Made by a program: the position numbers and the translations under genes. The notes beneath the pieces were generated by a model. The model ran no database searches and was not told the DNA's origin. It saw only the letters and a list, made by a program, of their open reading frames with translations. This document shows positions 1 to 10,817 of a stretch of 64,000 nt of DNA, piece after piece. The number at the start of each line of letters is the position of its first letter. Position 1 is the first letter of the stretch. The DNA is from an uncultured delta proteobacterium. Its GTDB lineage: Bacteria > Myxococcota > Myxococcia > Myxococcales > Myxococcaceae. Where the stretch lies: assembly GCA_963713045.1 (NCBI GenBank), contig CAVQKE010000007.1, forward strand, positions 384,001-448,000, given 5' to 3'.

Positions 1-414
1 GTGGCGACTTCCGAGGGCAAAGGTCTGGATGAGGCCGCCCGAGAACGGGTGATGGATGCGCTGCGGGCCCACTTCAAGCCTGAGTTTCTCAACCGGGTGG
101 ACGAGATTGTCATTTTTGAGCCGCTGAAGAAGTCCGACTTGAGCCGGATTGTCGACATTCAGCTGGACCGGCTTCACAAGCTGCTGGAGGAAAGGAAGCT
201 GACATTGGAGTTGACCACCGCGGCGAAGGCCTTCCTGGCCGAACACGGCTATGACCCGGTGTACGGCGCCCGTCCCTTGAAGCGTGCCATTCAGAAGTAC
301 CTTCAGGACCCGCTGGCCCTGAAAGTCCTCTCCGGGGAGTACCAGGCCGGGGACACGGTGCGCGTCGACGCGGGCAAGGGCGAGCTTCGCTTCGGCAAGC
401 CGGTCCGCGCCTAA
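1..414 (+). CDS. clpB: ATP-dependent chaperone ClpB, C-terminal fragment (gene starts before the window)
   Basis: FKPEFLNRVDEIVIF and GYDPVYGARPLKRAIQ motifs of the Clp/Hsp100 D2-small domain. Confidence 0.9.
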   Translation: MATSEGKGLDEAARERVMDALRAHFKPEFLNRVDEIVIFEPLKKSDLSRIVDIQLDRLHKLLEERKLTLELTTAAKAFLAEHGYDPVYGARPLKRAIQKYLQDPLALKVLSGEYQAGDTVRVDAGKGELRFGKPVRA

Positions 415-549
415 AAAGCCTGGGCCCCGCCGCGGATGCGGCACGCCCACGTCGGACACCCTCGACAGAGCGGCGCGGCGATGCAACCCCAGCGCTGCTT
501 CCCCAGGGCAGCAAGACGCCAAGGTTGGACTTATGGCAGAAGGCCAGCG

Positions 550-1458
550 GTGGACGTCACTGTCGTCGGGGCCGGCGTCATTGGCCTCACCACCGCCGTT
601 GAACTTCAACACGCAGGCCACGCCGTCCAGGTGGTGGCCGCGGCCACCGGTGAGGCCACCACCTCGGCCGTCGCCGGCGCGCTCTGGTTCCCCTTCCGTG
701 CCCACCCGCCGGCCCGCGTCAATGGCTGGGCGCGCATTGCGCGCAAGCGCCTCGAAGCGCTGGCTGCCGCCGTCCCAGAAGCGGGCGTGGACGTCCTCAC
801 CGCGTACGAAGCCGGCGACGGCAGGGAGGCGCCCTGGTGGGCGGCCAGTGCGCCGCACCTCAGCTGGGTCACCCAATCCCCACTGGGCGGTCCAGCCTGG
901 CGATTTCGAGCGCCCCGGGTGGAGCCGGAACTTTTCCTCGGCTGGCTCGAAGGGCAGTTGCAGCGGCCCATTCGCCGGCAGAAGGTGACGTCCCTCGAGG
1001 CGGTGGAGGGCGATGCGGTGGTGCACTGCACCGGTCTCGGCGCGCGGGCCCTGGCCGGCGACCCCGCCCTGCAGGCGGTGTACGGCCAAGTGCTGCTGGT
1101 CGCGCCGGGGGAGCTGGACCGCCAGGTGTCCCTGGGAGACGAGCGCGACGAAGCGGCCATCCTGTACTGCATTCCCCGGCGCCACGAAGTCGTCCTCGGC
1201 GGGTGCGCTTTGGTCTGCTCTGACGAAGTGTCGCTGACCCCCCGCCCAGCGGTGCGGGACTCCATTTTGGCGCGTGCCCGCGCTGCTGGGTTGAGGCATG
1301 GGCCTGTCCTCGCCGAGCGCGCTGGACTGCGGCCCTGCCGGCCGACGGTGCGACTCGAGCAGGAGGGCCGCGTCATCCACAACTACGGGCACGGTGGAGC
1401 AGGCTACACACTGGCCTACGGCTGCGCCGAGGACGTGGTGGCCCTCCTTGCGCGCTGA
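550..1458 (+). CDS. FAD-dependent oxidoreductase, D-amino acid oxidase family
   Basis: N-terminal VVGAGVIG dinucleotide fold, GLRP and HNYGHGGAG motifs; GTG at 550 chosen as start. Confidence 0.85.
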   Translation: MDVTVVGAGVIGLTTAVELQHAGHAVQVVAAATGEATTSAVAGALWFPFRAHPPARVNGWARIARKRLEALAAAVPEAGVDVLTAYEAGDGREAPWWAASAPHLSWVTQSPLGGPAWRFRAPRVEPELFLGWLEGQLQRPIRRQKVTSLEAVEGDAVVHCTGLGARALAGDPALQAVYGQVLLVAPGELDRQVSLGDERDEAAILYCIPRRHEVVLGGCALVCSDEVSLTPRPAVRDSILARARAAGLRHGPVLAERAGLRPCRPTVRLEQEGRVIHNYGHGGAGYTLAYGCAEDVVALLAR

Positions 1459-1468
1459 AGGCGGGGCG

Positions 1469-2209
1469 CTACTCCCGGTACCGCACTTCCACCAGCACCA
1501 GCCCCTGGGGCGGCGCGGTGGGGCCGCCTTGCGTTCGGTCGCCTGAGGCCAGCACTTCCTCGACCCAGGCCACCGGCCGTCGGCCCCGCCCCACCTCCAC
1601 CAGCGTGCCCACAAGATTGCGCACCATGTGCTTCAGGAAAGCCGTGCCCTCCACTTCGAATTGGACGACGTCCAGCGTCGAGGCGAGGGTCAGCTCCCGC
1701 AGCGTCCGCACCGTCGTCGGTGCCTCGCAGTTGGCCGCACGAAAGGCGGAGAAGTCATGCGTCCCCAACAGGCACCGGGCAGCCTCGCCCATGGCAGAGA
1801 CATCCAACGGCGCGAACAGTTCCCAGTGCGTCCGCCGCCGCAGTGGCGAGCGGACCGGCCGGTTGGAGAGGAGGTAGCGGTAGCGTTTGCCGAGGCTGTC
1901 GCGCCGCGGGTCGAAGTCGTCCGCCACTTCCTGCGCCCCCACCACCGAGACGTCCGGCGGCAGCAGCGCTGAGAGGCCCCGCAGGTAGGCCGTCAGCGGA
2001 AGGGCCCGTGGCGGGTCAAAGGCCACCACTTGCCCCAGTGCGTGCACACCGGCGTCGGTGCGGCTGGCGGCCAGGGTGGCCACTTCGGCGCCCAGCAACT
2101 CGCCCAGCGCTTTCTCCACCACCTGTTGCACCGAGAGGCCGTTGGTTTGGCGCTGCCAGCCGACGTACGCCGTCCCCTCGTACTCCAGCGTCAGCCGCAG
2201 GCGGCCCAT
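1469..2209 (-). CDS. truA: tRNA pseudouridine(38-40) synthase TruA
   Basis: YEGTAYVGWQRQ, SRTDAGVHALGQV, FLKHMVRNLVG, TAPPQGL motifs. Confidence 0.95.
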   Translation of the reverse strand: MGRLRLTLEYEGTAYVGWQRQTNGLSVQQVVEKALGELLGAEVATLAASRTDAGVHALGQVVAFDPPRALPLTAYLRGLSALLPPDVSVVGAQEVADDFDPRRDSLGKRYRYLLSNRPVRSPLRRRTHWELFAPLDVSAMGEAARCLLGTHDFSAFRAANCEAPTTVRTLRELTLASTLDVVQFEVEGTAFLKHMVRNLVGTLVEVGRGRRPVAWVEEVLASGDRTQGGPTAPPQGLVLVEVRYRE

Positions 2210-3352
2210 TCAGCGGTACTTGAGCCAGTCGCGCAGCACGTCCCGCGCCAATTCTTCGGCCCCGAGTCCGTGGCGCTCGGCCACCGTCTCCAGGGCCCGG
2301 CGCTCGGACTCGCCCAGCGTCACCTCGAGCGGTGCGCCGTCCATGGCCGGAACGCCGTTGCCGTCCACCGGCGCATCCAGCCGCCTCGCCAGTCGGGCCC
2401 GTTCCTCGTCCAACTCGCCCGCGAAAAGCTGCTTGAGAAAGTTGGAGAGGTGGATGCTGGAGGGGCGGAAGGGGAACTGCCCCATCGTTCGCTCCAAGTC
2501 CCGCTGCATGTCCCAGGCCGACGGGTAACGCTTCTCCCGGTCCTTTTCCAAGGCCCGCATCACAATCTGCTCCACCTCGGGGGGAATGTCCGGTTTGAAG
2601 TAGGAAGGGCCGTAAATTTTTCCGTCGGTAATCGACTTGAGGACCGCCACTTCCGAATCGCCGGTGAAGAGACGGTACCCGGTGAGCCATTCGTAGAGGA
2701 CGACGCCCAACGAGAAAATGTCGCTGCGCTGGTCGAGCGGCTGGCCCAGGCACTGCTCCGGGCTCATGTAGGCCAGTTTGCCTTTAATTTCCCCGGCCTG
2801 CGTCTGGCCCACCTGGCCGCGCGCCTTGGCAATGCCGAAGTCGAGCACCTTCACCATCCCGTCGAAGGAGACGAAGACGTTTTCCGGTGTCACGTCCCGG
2901 TGGACAATGTGCAGCGGGTTGCCCCACGCATCCGCCTTCTGGTGGGCGTAGTAGAGGCCCTCGCACACCGAGGCGGCGATTTTGAGCGCGTAGACGTGGG
3001 GGAAGGGGATTCCCAGTGCGGCCGCCTTGGGAATGATGCGCGCCATGTCGCGGCCGAAGAGGTACTCCATGGCGATGAAGTAGCTGTCGCTGATGCGGCC
3101 CAATTCGTGGATTTGGACAATGTTGGGGTGGGTGAGCTGCGAGGCGAGTCGCGCTTCGTTGAGAAACATGGTGACGAAGCCCTCCACCCGGGTGAGGCGC
3201 GGGAGGATGCGCTTGATGACCACCGTTTTCTCAAAGCCCTCCATGCCGGCCTGGCGGGCGAGAAAAATTTCGGCCATGCCCCCCACCGCCAGCCGGTCGA
3301 GCAGGGTGTACTTGCCGAAGCGGGCCGGGGCTGGCGAGTCGGGCGGGCTCAC
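2210..3352 (-). CDS. Cytoplasmic Ser/Thr protein kinase, probable Pkn14 ortholog
   Basis: GGMAEIF, VVIKRI, HRDVTPEN, DFGIAK, YMSPE; no TM segment; GTG at 3352 overlaps the upstream gene's TGA (GTGA); position near mrpABC matches recalled location of M. xanthus pkn14. Confidence 0.85.
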   Translation of the reverse strand: MSPPDSPAPARFGKYTLLDRLAVGGMAEIFLARQAGMEGFEKTVVIKRILPRLTRVEGFVTMFLNEARLASQLTHPNIVQIHELGRISDSYFIAMEYLFGRDMARIIPKAAALGIPFPHVYALKIAASVCEGLYYAHQKADAWGNPLHIVHRDVTPENVFVSFDGMVKVLDFGIAKARGQVGQTQAGEIKGKLAYMSPEQCLGQPLDQRSDIFSLGVVLYEWLTGYRLFTGDSEVAVLKSITDGKIYGPSYFKPDIPPEVEQIVMRALEKDREKRYPSAWDMQRDLERTMGQFPFRPSSIHLSNFLKQLFAGELDEERARLARRLDAPVDGNGVPAMDGAPLEVTLGESERRALETVAERHGLGAEELARDVLRDWLKYR

Positions 3353-4341
3353 CCCGTCAAGGCTAGCGCATTGGCGTCGAGCCGCAGCACCTCCACCTTG
3401 AGTCCCACCGGCTGACCGGGCGCTGCCGGGAAGTCCACCGGCGAGGCGCCGAGGCGACCCACGGTGTGTCCGAAGCGCCCCGCGGTGGCCAGCCCGTGGT
3501 GCACCAGGGCCGAGAAGCGCTCCCAGGACAGACTCTGCTGATTGCAGCAGACGAAAAGCAGCCCGTGGGGCGCCACCACCGGGGCCGCCCGCGCCACCAA
3601 CACCGGCGTGTCTCTGGCCATGCTGAAGGGCCCCGAAGGGCCGCGGGCGAAGGCCGGCGGGTCCAGCACCACCGAAGAAAAGGTGCGCTCCGACTTGGCC
3701 AGCCGTCGCAGCCACTGGAAGACGTCGCCCCGGAGCGCCTCAGCCTTCACGCGGTTGAGCGCGGCGTTCTCCGCAGCCCAGGCCAGCGCCCGCTTGCTTA
3801 AGTCGACATTCACCGCGGCGGTGGCGCCACCGGCCAGCGCCGCAATGGCGAAGGCGCCGGTGTAGGCAAAGCAGTTGAGCAGCGTCGTCCCTTCGGCCTG
3901 CGCCCGGAGGAAGGCCCGCGTCTCGCGCATGTCCAAATACAGCCCCACCGACAGCCCCTCCGCCGGACGAATGCGAAAGGCCAACCCCGCCTCCAAGACG
4001 TCCACCGTTTCGACCGCCGAGCCGTGGACTGGCGCGACCGGGGCTTGGGCGCGGAGCGCCTGCGGCGTGAAACGGCTTGGCGTTCGCGGGCGGCGCTTGA
4101 GGTACACCGCCCGGGGGGAAACTTCTGAAACAAGCGCCTCGACGAGGGGCCCGGACTCCTGGTCGGTGTAGAGGCTGACCACCAGGACGTCACCGAAGAC
4201 GTCCACCGTGGCGCCCTCAAAGCCGTCGCCTTCTGCGTGCACCAGGCGGTAGGCGGTGGTGCGCCCGTCGGCACACAACGGCGCCCGCCGCTCAGCCGCC
4301 CGGCGGAGTCGCGCGCGCAGGCCGCGTTCAGCGCCGCGCAC
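3349..4341 (-). CDS. Class I SAM-dependent rRNA methyltransferase (RlmI/RlmK-like)
   Basis: YRLVHAEGDG, GLYLDMRE, LNCFAYTGAF, VVLDPPAF motifs; start uncertain (4341 GTG or 4389). Confidence 0.85.
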   Translation of the reverse strand: MRGAERGLRARLRRAAERRAPLCADGRTTAYRLVHAEGDGFEGATVDVFGDVLVVSLYTDQESGPLVEALVSEVSPRAVYLKRRPRTPSRFTPQALRAQAPVAPVHGSAVETVDVLEAGLAFRIRPAEGLSVGLYLDMRETRAFLRAQAEGTTLLNCFAYTGAFAIAALAGGATAAVNVDLSKRALAWAAENAALNRVKAEALRGDVFQWLRRLAKSERTFSSVVLDPPAFARGPSGPFSMARDTPVLVARAAPVVAPHGLLFVCCNQQSLSWERFSALVHHGLATAGRFGHTVGRLGASPVDFPAAPGQPVGLKVEVLRLDANALALTG

Positions 4342-5539
4342 GGCGGACTGCCACCGCCTCGCGCTCCAGTTCAAGCGCGTCTGCGCCAAGCAACTGCCCG
4401 TCGCGCAACACCACCCGCCCGGCCACCACCGTCCAGGCCACCGGCGCCCGGCTCACCTCAGCGGCCACGTCGGCCGTCCAGACGTCCCCCTCGGGAAGCA
4501 TCTCCAACAGGGCGAGGTCGGCCAGTGCCCCCGCCGCCACCCGGCCCGCCGGCGCGCCGTAGAGGTCTGACACCAAATCCGCCGCGCCCTGCTGAAGAAG
4601 CGCGGGAACCAGTTCCTCCGCCCACAGCCGGCCCAGCCGCGCCGCCTTGCGGCCCATCGCCCAGGCGGCGTCCCATTGCTGCGGCAGCGTGCCCAGGCCA
4701 GAAGTGCCGAGCGCCACTCGGTGCTCGGGAATCAGCAACGCCTCGAAGCCGTAGCCCTCGCCGAGGAGGTCCCGCAGGGGACTCCAGGCCACCAGCACAC
4801 TGCGCTGGGCGAGGACACGCGCCTCGTGCGCGTCCACGCACCGGGCATGGGCGGCCACCGTCCGCGGTCCAAGGAGGCCGTGTTGGGCCAGCCGCTCGAC
4901 GCTGCGCACCCCGTACTTCTGGTGGTTGAGAACCAAGTCCTCGTCGGTTTCGGCCAGGGCCAGGTGCACCACTGCTTGGGCCGCGTCGGCGGCGGCGGAC
5001 ACCCGAGCCAACATGGGTTCGGGAGCATCCGCCAGACGGGAAATGCCCACCGCCCCGCGCACCAGCGGGTGGCTGGACCAGGCACGAAGAAAGGAAAGGT
5101 TCGCTTCAAGCGGACCCTGCCAGTGCTCTCCGCCGGTGGCGTGGGCAGCCACCAGGCGGATGCCGAGGCGCTCGGCGGTCAGCGCCTGCATCGCCAGCGC
5201 CTCCGCTGGATGGTCCACCGCGTCCAACATCTCAAAGACGGAGCTGACGCCTGAGCGGACGGCACGCGCCAGCGCCGCGGCGGCGAGCGCCTCCACTTCG
5301 GAGGCCGTCCAGGGGCTGGCGCCAGCGGCCGGGGCGGTGAGACGGGCATGTGCGTCCACTCGGCCGGGGACCAGCAGACGGCCCCGGCCGTCCACCGCCC
5401 AGTCACCGGGGAGAGCTGGCGTGTCGGCGTCCGGGCCGACATGGGTGACTCGGCCGCCCTCCACCACCACCACGCGGCTCGGGGCGAGGCGTTGCCCCTC
5501 GAGCAGCGTGCAATTCTTGAAGAGGAGCCGTCCGTCCAT
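4328..5539 (-). CDS. Amidohydrolase-family protein (SsnA/chlorohydrolase-like) with degenerate metal ligands
   Basis: N-terminal beta-sandwich, PGRVDAH, LLGPRTVAAH, GALADLALL, TVVAGRVVLRDG. Confidence 0.8.
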   Translation of the reverse strand: MDGRLLFKNCTLLEGQRLAPSRVVVVEGGRVTHVGPDADTPALPGDWAVDGRGRLLVPGRVDAHARLTAPAAGASPWTASEVEALAAAALARAVRSGVSSVFEMLDAVDHPAEALAMQALTAERLGIRLVAAHATGGEHWQGPLEANLSFLRAWSSHPLVRGAVGISRLADAPEPMLARVSAAADAAQAVVHLALAETDEDLVLNHQKYGVRSVERLAQHGLLGPRTVAAHARCVDAHEARVLAQRSVLVAWSPLRDLLGEGYGFEALLIPEHRVALGTSGLGTLPQQWDAAWAMGRKAARLGRLWAEELVPALLQQGAADLVSDLYGAPAGRVAAGALADLALLEMLPEGDVWTADVAAEVSRAPVAWTVVAGRVVLRDGQLLGADALELEREAVAVRRARR

Positions 5540-5592
5540 GCGGGTGCGCGGGCCAGCCTCGGCAGCGTAACCTTTCCGGCCCAGCCCCCGCC

Positions 5593-6564
5593 ATGCACAC
5601 CCCCCTGCCCGATGGCTTGGCCCACATCAGTTGGCGCGAGGACTTGCGGCTGGCCGAGGTGCACGGGCATTGCCCAGTGCTGCAGCGCCTCGGCCGACTG
5701 AAGCCGGGGGAAGTTTTGGGGGAGGCGCTCAACATCGAGGCCGGCAGAGCACGAAGCCTGGACGCGCTGGCACTTCAGGGCGGCGGCGTGGCATTTCTGC
5801 GCGTGGGCGATGGGGAGTCGGGTGGCTGGGTGCGCTTGGCGGTGCTTGCTGGCCAGCCGGTGCGACAGGCCTGGGCGTTGGACCTCGAAGCGGCGCTCCA
5901 CCAGGCGCCGCCGCTGCAAATCTCCCACCTCTCCTCGGCGCTCAGTCATGAGCTCCGCAACCCGCTCTCCAGCGTGAAGCTTTCGGTGCAAACCCTGGCC
6001 CGCGACCCGGAGCTTTCCGCGCGCGACCAGCGCCGGCTGACCATCGCCCAGCGAGAAATCCGCACCCTGGAGAGGATGCTGACGATGCTGGCCGAGTACG
6101 GACGAGAACGACCGGGGACGGTGGAGACGACGGCCCTCAAGGAGTTGGTGGCCCAAGCCGTTGAGGCCATTTCCTCGGAGCTGCGAGGCCGGCAGCAGTC
6201 GGTGCAGCTCGACGCCCCGGGGACGCTGCCCCCGGTGCGGGCCGACGCCCACCGCACCGGGCCGGTCCTCTCGCAGCTGTTGCTCAACATCGCCGCCACC
6301 CTGCCGGAGGGGGGCAGCGTGGTGGTGCAGCTTTTGCCACGGCCCGGCGGGGGTGCGCTGCTCCGGGTGCGCGACTTGGCCACGACCCTCTCCCCCGAGG
6401 AGCAAGCACAGGCCTTTCAGCCTTTTGGCTCTCGGCTGGCGCGGGGGGCCGGACTGTCCCTGGCCGCGCTGCGACAGGTGATGCTGCACCAGGATGGCCA
6501 AGCCGAGGTGCACACGGATGAAAAGCCTGGCACCCTCTTCACCCTGGCCTTTGCCCCGGGCTGA
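5593..6564 (+). CDS. mrpA: Cytoplasmic histidine kinase-like protein MrpA
   Basis: H-box SHELRNPL; degenerate HATPase; directly upstream of sigma54 regulator and mrpC. Confidence 0.8.
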   Translation: MHTPLPDGLAHISWREDLRLAEVHGHCPVLQRLGRLKPGEVLGEALNIEAGRARSLDALALQGGGVAFLRVGDGESGGWVRLAVLAGQPVRQAWALDLEAALHQAPPLQISHLSSALSHELRNPLSSVKLSVQTLARDPELSARDQRRLTIAQREIRTLERMLTMLAEYGRERPGTVETTALKELVAQAVEAISSELRGRQQSVQLDAPGTLPPVRADAHRTGPVLSQLLLNIAATLPEGGSVVVQLLPRPGGGALLRVRDLATTLSPEEQAQAFQPFGSRLARGAGLSLAALRQVMLHQDGQAEVHTDEKPGTLFTLAFAPG

Positions 6565-6573
6565 CACCCCCCA

Positions 6574-8004
<1,431 letters not shown>

Positions 8005-8011
8005 AGGACGC

Positions 8012-8078
8012 TGTCTGCGTTGAGACATTGGCCTTCGGCGTATTGAACGAAACGTTACAATTGTACGAAACGTTACAA
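8012..8078. promoter_or_regulatory. Crp/Fnr(MrpC)-type binding sites upstream of mrpC
   Basis: Palindrome TGTCT-N6-AGACA 8012-8027; direct repeat ACGAAACGTTACAA at 8047-8060 and 8065-8078, giving TGT-N10-ACA at 8062-8077. Confidence 0.65.
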
Positions 8079-8142
8079 CTCTGCCCATGGATGTTGCGCA
8101 ACTTCTGCAGCAACCCTTCAGAGTTGCGCGCAGGGGTTGTGG

Positions 8143-8157
8143 TGGCATACCCCTTGG
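8143..8157 (+). promoter_or_regulatory. Sigma54-like -24/-12 promoter of mrpC
   Basis: TGGCAT-ACCCC-TTGG (GG-N10-GG, deviant -12) ending 14 nt before ATG 8172, downstream of a sigma54 activator gene. Confidence 0.5.
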
Positions 8158-8171
8158 AAGCGAGTGTTCGC

Positions 8172-8897
8172 ATGCTGACTCAACCGCTGGGTTCCAACGT
8201 GGTCTCTCCGTCCTTACCTTCCTCCGGAATGTTCGTGTCGCCCCGGCGTGCCGACGCAAGCCGTCCCCCCGGCGCCGCCGTCGAAGGCACGCCGCAGAAC
8301 TTTCCGCACCAGGCCGTCATCTACCGTCCAGGCGAGGCGCTGCAGACGGCGTATTTCGTCAAGTCTGGCCGTGTGCGGCTGATGCACCTTGGACGCAACG
8401 GGCGGGCTGCCGTCTTCGCCATCCTTCGGGCAGGCGACGTCTTCGGCGACGTCTTTCGTCCCGAAGGCGCCACCGCCGATGAGATGGCCGTCGCCTCCGG
8501 CGAGGTTGGGCTGTGGACGCTGGAAGGCCGGACCCTTCGGGCCCAGCTCGAAGCGGAGCCGGCGCTGGCCGTGGAATTGGTCCGGGCCTACGCCGAGCAG
8601 GTGCGAGGCCTACGCTCGCGCATCCTTGGGCTGACCTTCAAAGAAGTGCCGGCCCGGCTGGCGGAGACGCTGTTGACTGTGGCCGAGGCCCACGGCGAGC
8701 GCTGCGCCCACTCCGGCGAGACGGACTTGCGCGGAATTACCCAGCAGGACTTGGCCGACCTGGTGGGGGCCTCCCGCTCCTTTGTCTCGACGTTGGTGAA
8801 TGAATTGAAGCGCCAGGGCATCCTCGGAAACGTCGGACGGGTGCTGTGCATCCGCGACCAAAAGGCGCTGCGCCGACTGGCAACCGCCGAGGTGTAG
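8172..8897 (+). CDS. mrpC: Crp/Fnr-family developmental transcription factor MrpC
   Basis: Closely resembles recalled M. xanthus MrpC: KSGRVRLM, LGLTFKEVPARLA, ETDLRGITQQDLADLVGASRSFVST, RDQKALR. Confidence 0.93.
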   Translation: MLTQPLGSNVVSPSLPSSGMFVSPRRADASRPPGAAVEGTPQNFPHQAVIYRPGEALQTAYFVKSGRVRLMHLGRNGRAAVFAILRAGDVFGDVFRPEGATADEMAVASGEVGLWTLEGRTLRAQLEAEPALAVELVRAYAEQVRGLRSRILGLTFKEVPARLAETLLTVAEAHGERCAHSGETDLRGITQQDLADLVGASRSFVSTLVNELKRQGILGNVGRVLCIRDQKALRRLATAEV

Positions 8898-8949
8898 CCA
8901 GCGCCACCGACCCGTTTTTTCGGCCACTTGACGGCTGGACCGTGTCAGG

Positions 8950-10817
8950 GTGGTTGGGGCCGTGGTGCCTTCCAACTCCTCCTCCAGCGCCGCAGCGGCT
9001 ACGGTGGCCGAGGCCCACGCCGCGGCCGCTGCCCGAGGGCGCGCACTGGTTCTGGCCCTGGACCGGCGCATGGCGAGGGTAGCGAACGGGCGCGCCGCGA
9101 CGTTTCTCGGCGCCGCAGTCCTCACCGGGCTGGCCATTTTCGAGCGCCTGCCGAAGCTGGCCTGGGCCGGAGCGGCGGCCTGCGCCTTGGCCTATGTCGT
9201 CCTCGCCGTCCACCATGCGCAGCTGCTGTCGCGGGAGCGGCGGGCACGCGCCGAGGCCGATTGGCACGCCCGGGCCCGGGCGCGCCTGGACGGCAGCTGG
9301 CCCACGGCGCTGCCCTCCCGCGGTGAGCGCTTCGTCGACGCGCACCACCTGTACACCTCGGACTTGGACGTCTTTGGCCAAGGCTCCCTCTTCCAATGGC
9401 TGGACGAGACGGCCACCGGCGCTGGGGAGGAGCGGCTCGCCGCCTGGCTGCGCGCCCCGGCCCAGCCGGCGGAGGTGAGGGCGAGGCAGCAAGCGGCACA
9501 GGAGTTGGCAACCCTGCCTGAGGTGCGGCGGGACGTGGCGGTGAGCGGGCGGTTGGCTGCCGCCGGCCGGCCCAGTCCCAAGGCCTTTCTCAGCTGGGCC
9601 GAAGGGCCGCCCCGCCTCCGGGAGTTGGCGTGGGCGCGGTGGGTGGCCTGGGCCCTGCCCGCCGCCACCCTCATCTCAGCCGCCCTCGCCGCGGTCGGCC
9701 TGGTTCCGCGCCTCGTGCCGTGGACGGCGGTGGCGGTGCAACTTCTCGTCGTCGTGCTGACGCGAAGACCGCTGGCGGAAGCCTGGGGCAGTCTGGCCGT
9801 CGCCGAAGCCGGCGGGGCGACGTTGGGGGGCGCCTTCGCCCGGCTGGAGAAGGCACACTTCCACGCGCCGCTGCTGCGTCAGCTGAGCGCCGGGCTCTCC
9901 CCCCCGGGGCCCCGGTCAGCGCCCGCATGCGGCAATTCGCCCGCCTCCTCAACCTGGCCGAGGCGCGCAGAAACCAGCTTCACCCCGTCCTCCACCTCCT
10001 CACCCTGTGGGACGTCCACGTCCTGTTGCGCCTCGAAGACTGGCGTCAACACAACGGAGGCCTGGTCCGCGGATGGCTCGAGGCGCTGGCCGAGGTCGAA
10101 GCGCTCGGCTGCTTCGGCAATGTCACCGCCGACCACCCCAACTTCCATTTCCCGAAGGTGGTGGAAACCCCGTCGTACTTTTCAGCCCAGGCGCTGTGGC
10201 ACCCGCTGCTCCAGGACGCGGTCCCCAACGACGTTGAATTGCCGCGACCAGGCTTTCTCCTCCTCGTCACTGGCTCCAACATGTCCGGCAAGTCCACCCT
10301 GCTTCGCGCCATGGGCGTCAACGCGGTGTTGGCCCTGGCCGGTGCCCCGGTGGCAGCGCAGGGCCTGTCCTTGGGGCCCCTGCAGCTGGCGACCAGCATG
10401 CGCGTGCAAGACTCCCTCTCCGCGGGCATTTCGTTTTTCCACGCTGAAGTGCTTCGCCTCAAAGCGGTGCTGGAGGCGGCCGCGGCCGCCCAGGGTCACG
10501 CCCTGGTGCTGCTGGATGAAATTCTCCTCGGCACCAACTCCGGAGAGCGCCGCGTCGCCTCGCGGGAGGTGCTGCGCTTACTTCTCGAGGCCCGGGCGCT
10601 CGGCGCCGTCACCACCCATGACTTGGCGCTGGCTCGCCTCGAGGCGGAACATCCGGGAAGCCTGCGCGCAGTGCACTTTCAAGACCACGTGGAAAATGGC
10701 CAAATGCGCTTTGATTACCAGCTGCGCGAGGGCGTCGTCCGGACCACCAACGCGCTCCGGCTGATGCAGCAGGCGGGCATTCCGGTGCGGGCGCACCCGC
10801 CGGGCGAGGGGGGCTAG
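8950..10817 (+). pseudogene. Membrane-anchored MutS domain V ATPase, split by a one-base frameshift near 9899-9910 (real or sequencing error)
   Basis: N-half (TMs, HLYTSDLDVFGQGSLFQ) in the 8950 frame; C-half (VTGSNMSGKSTLLR, LLDEILLGTN, VTTHDL) in the 9630 frame; switch at C7-G4 run. Confidence 0.85.

Noticed and set aside
8047..8078. Direct repeat as a mini-CRISPR or att site
   Set aside because: Only two 14-bp copies 4 nt apart inside a promoter region; better explained as transcription factor sites
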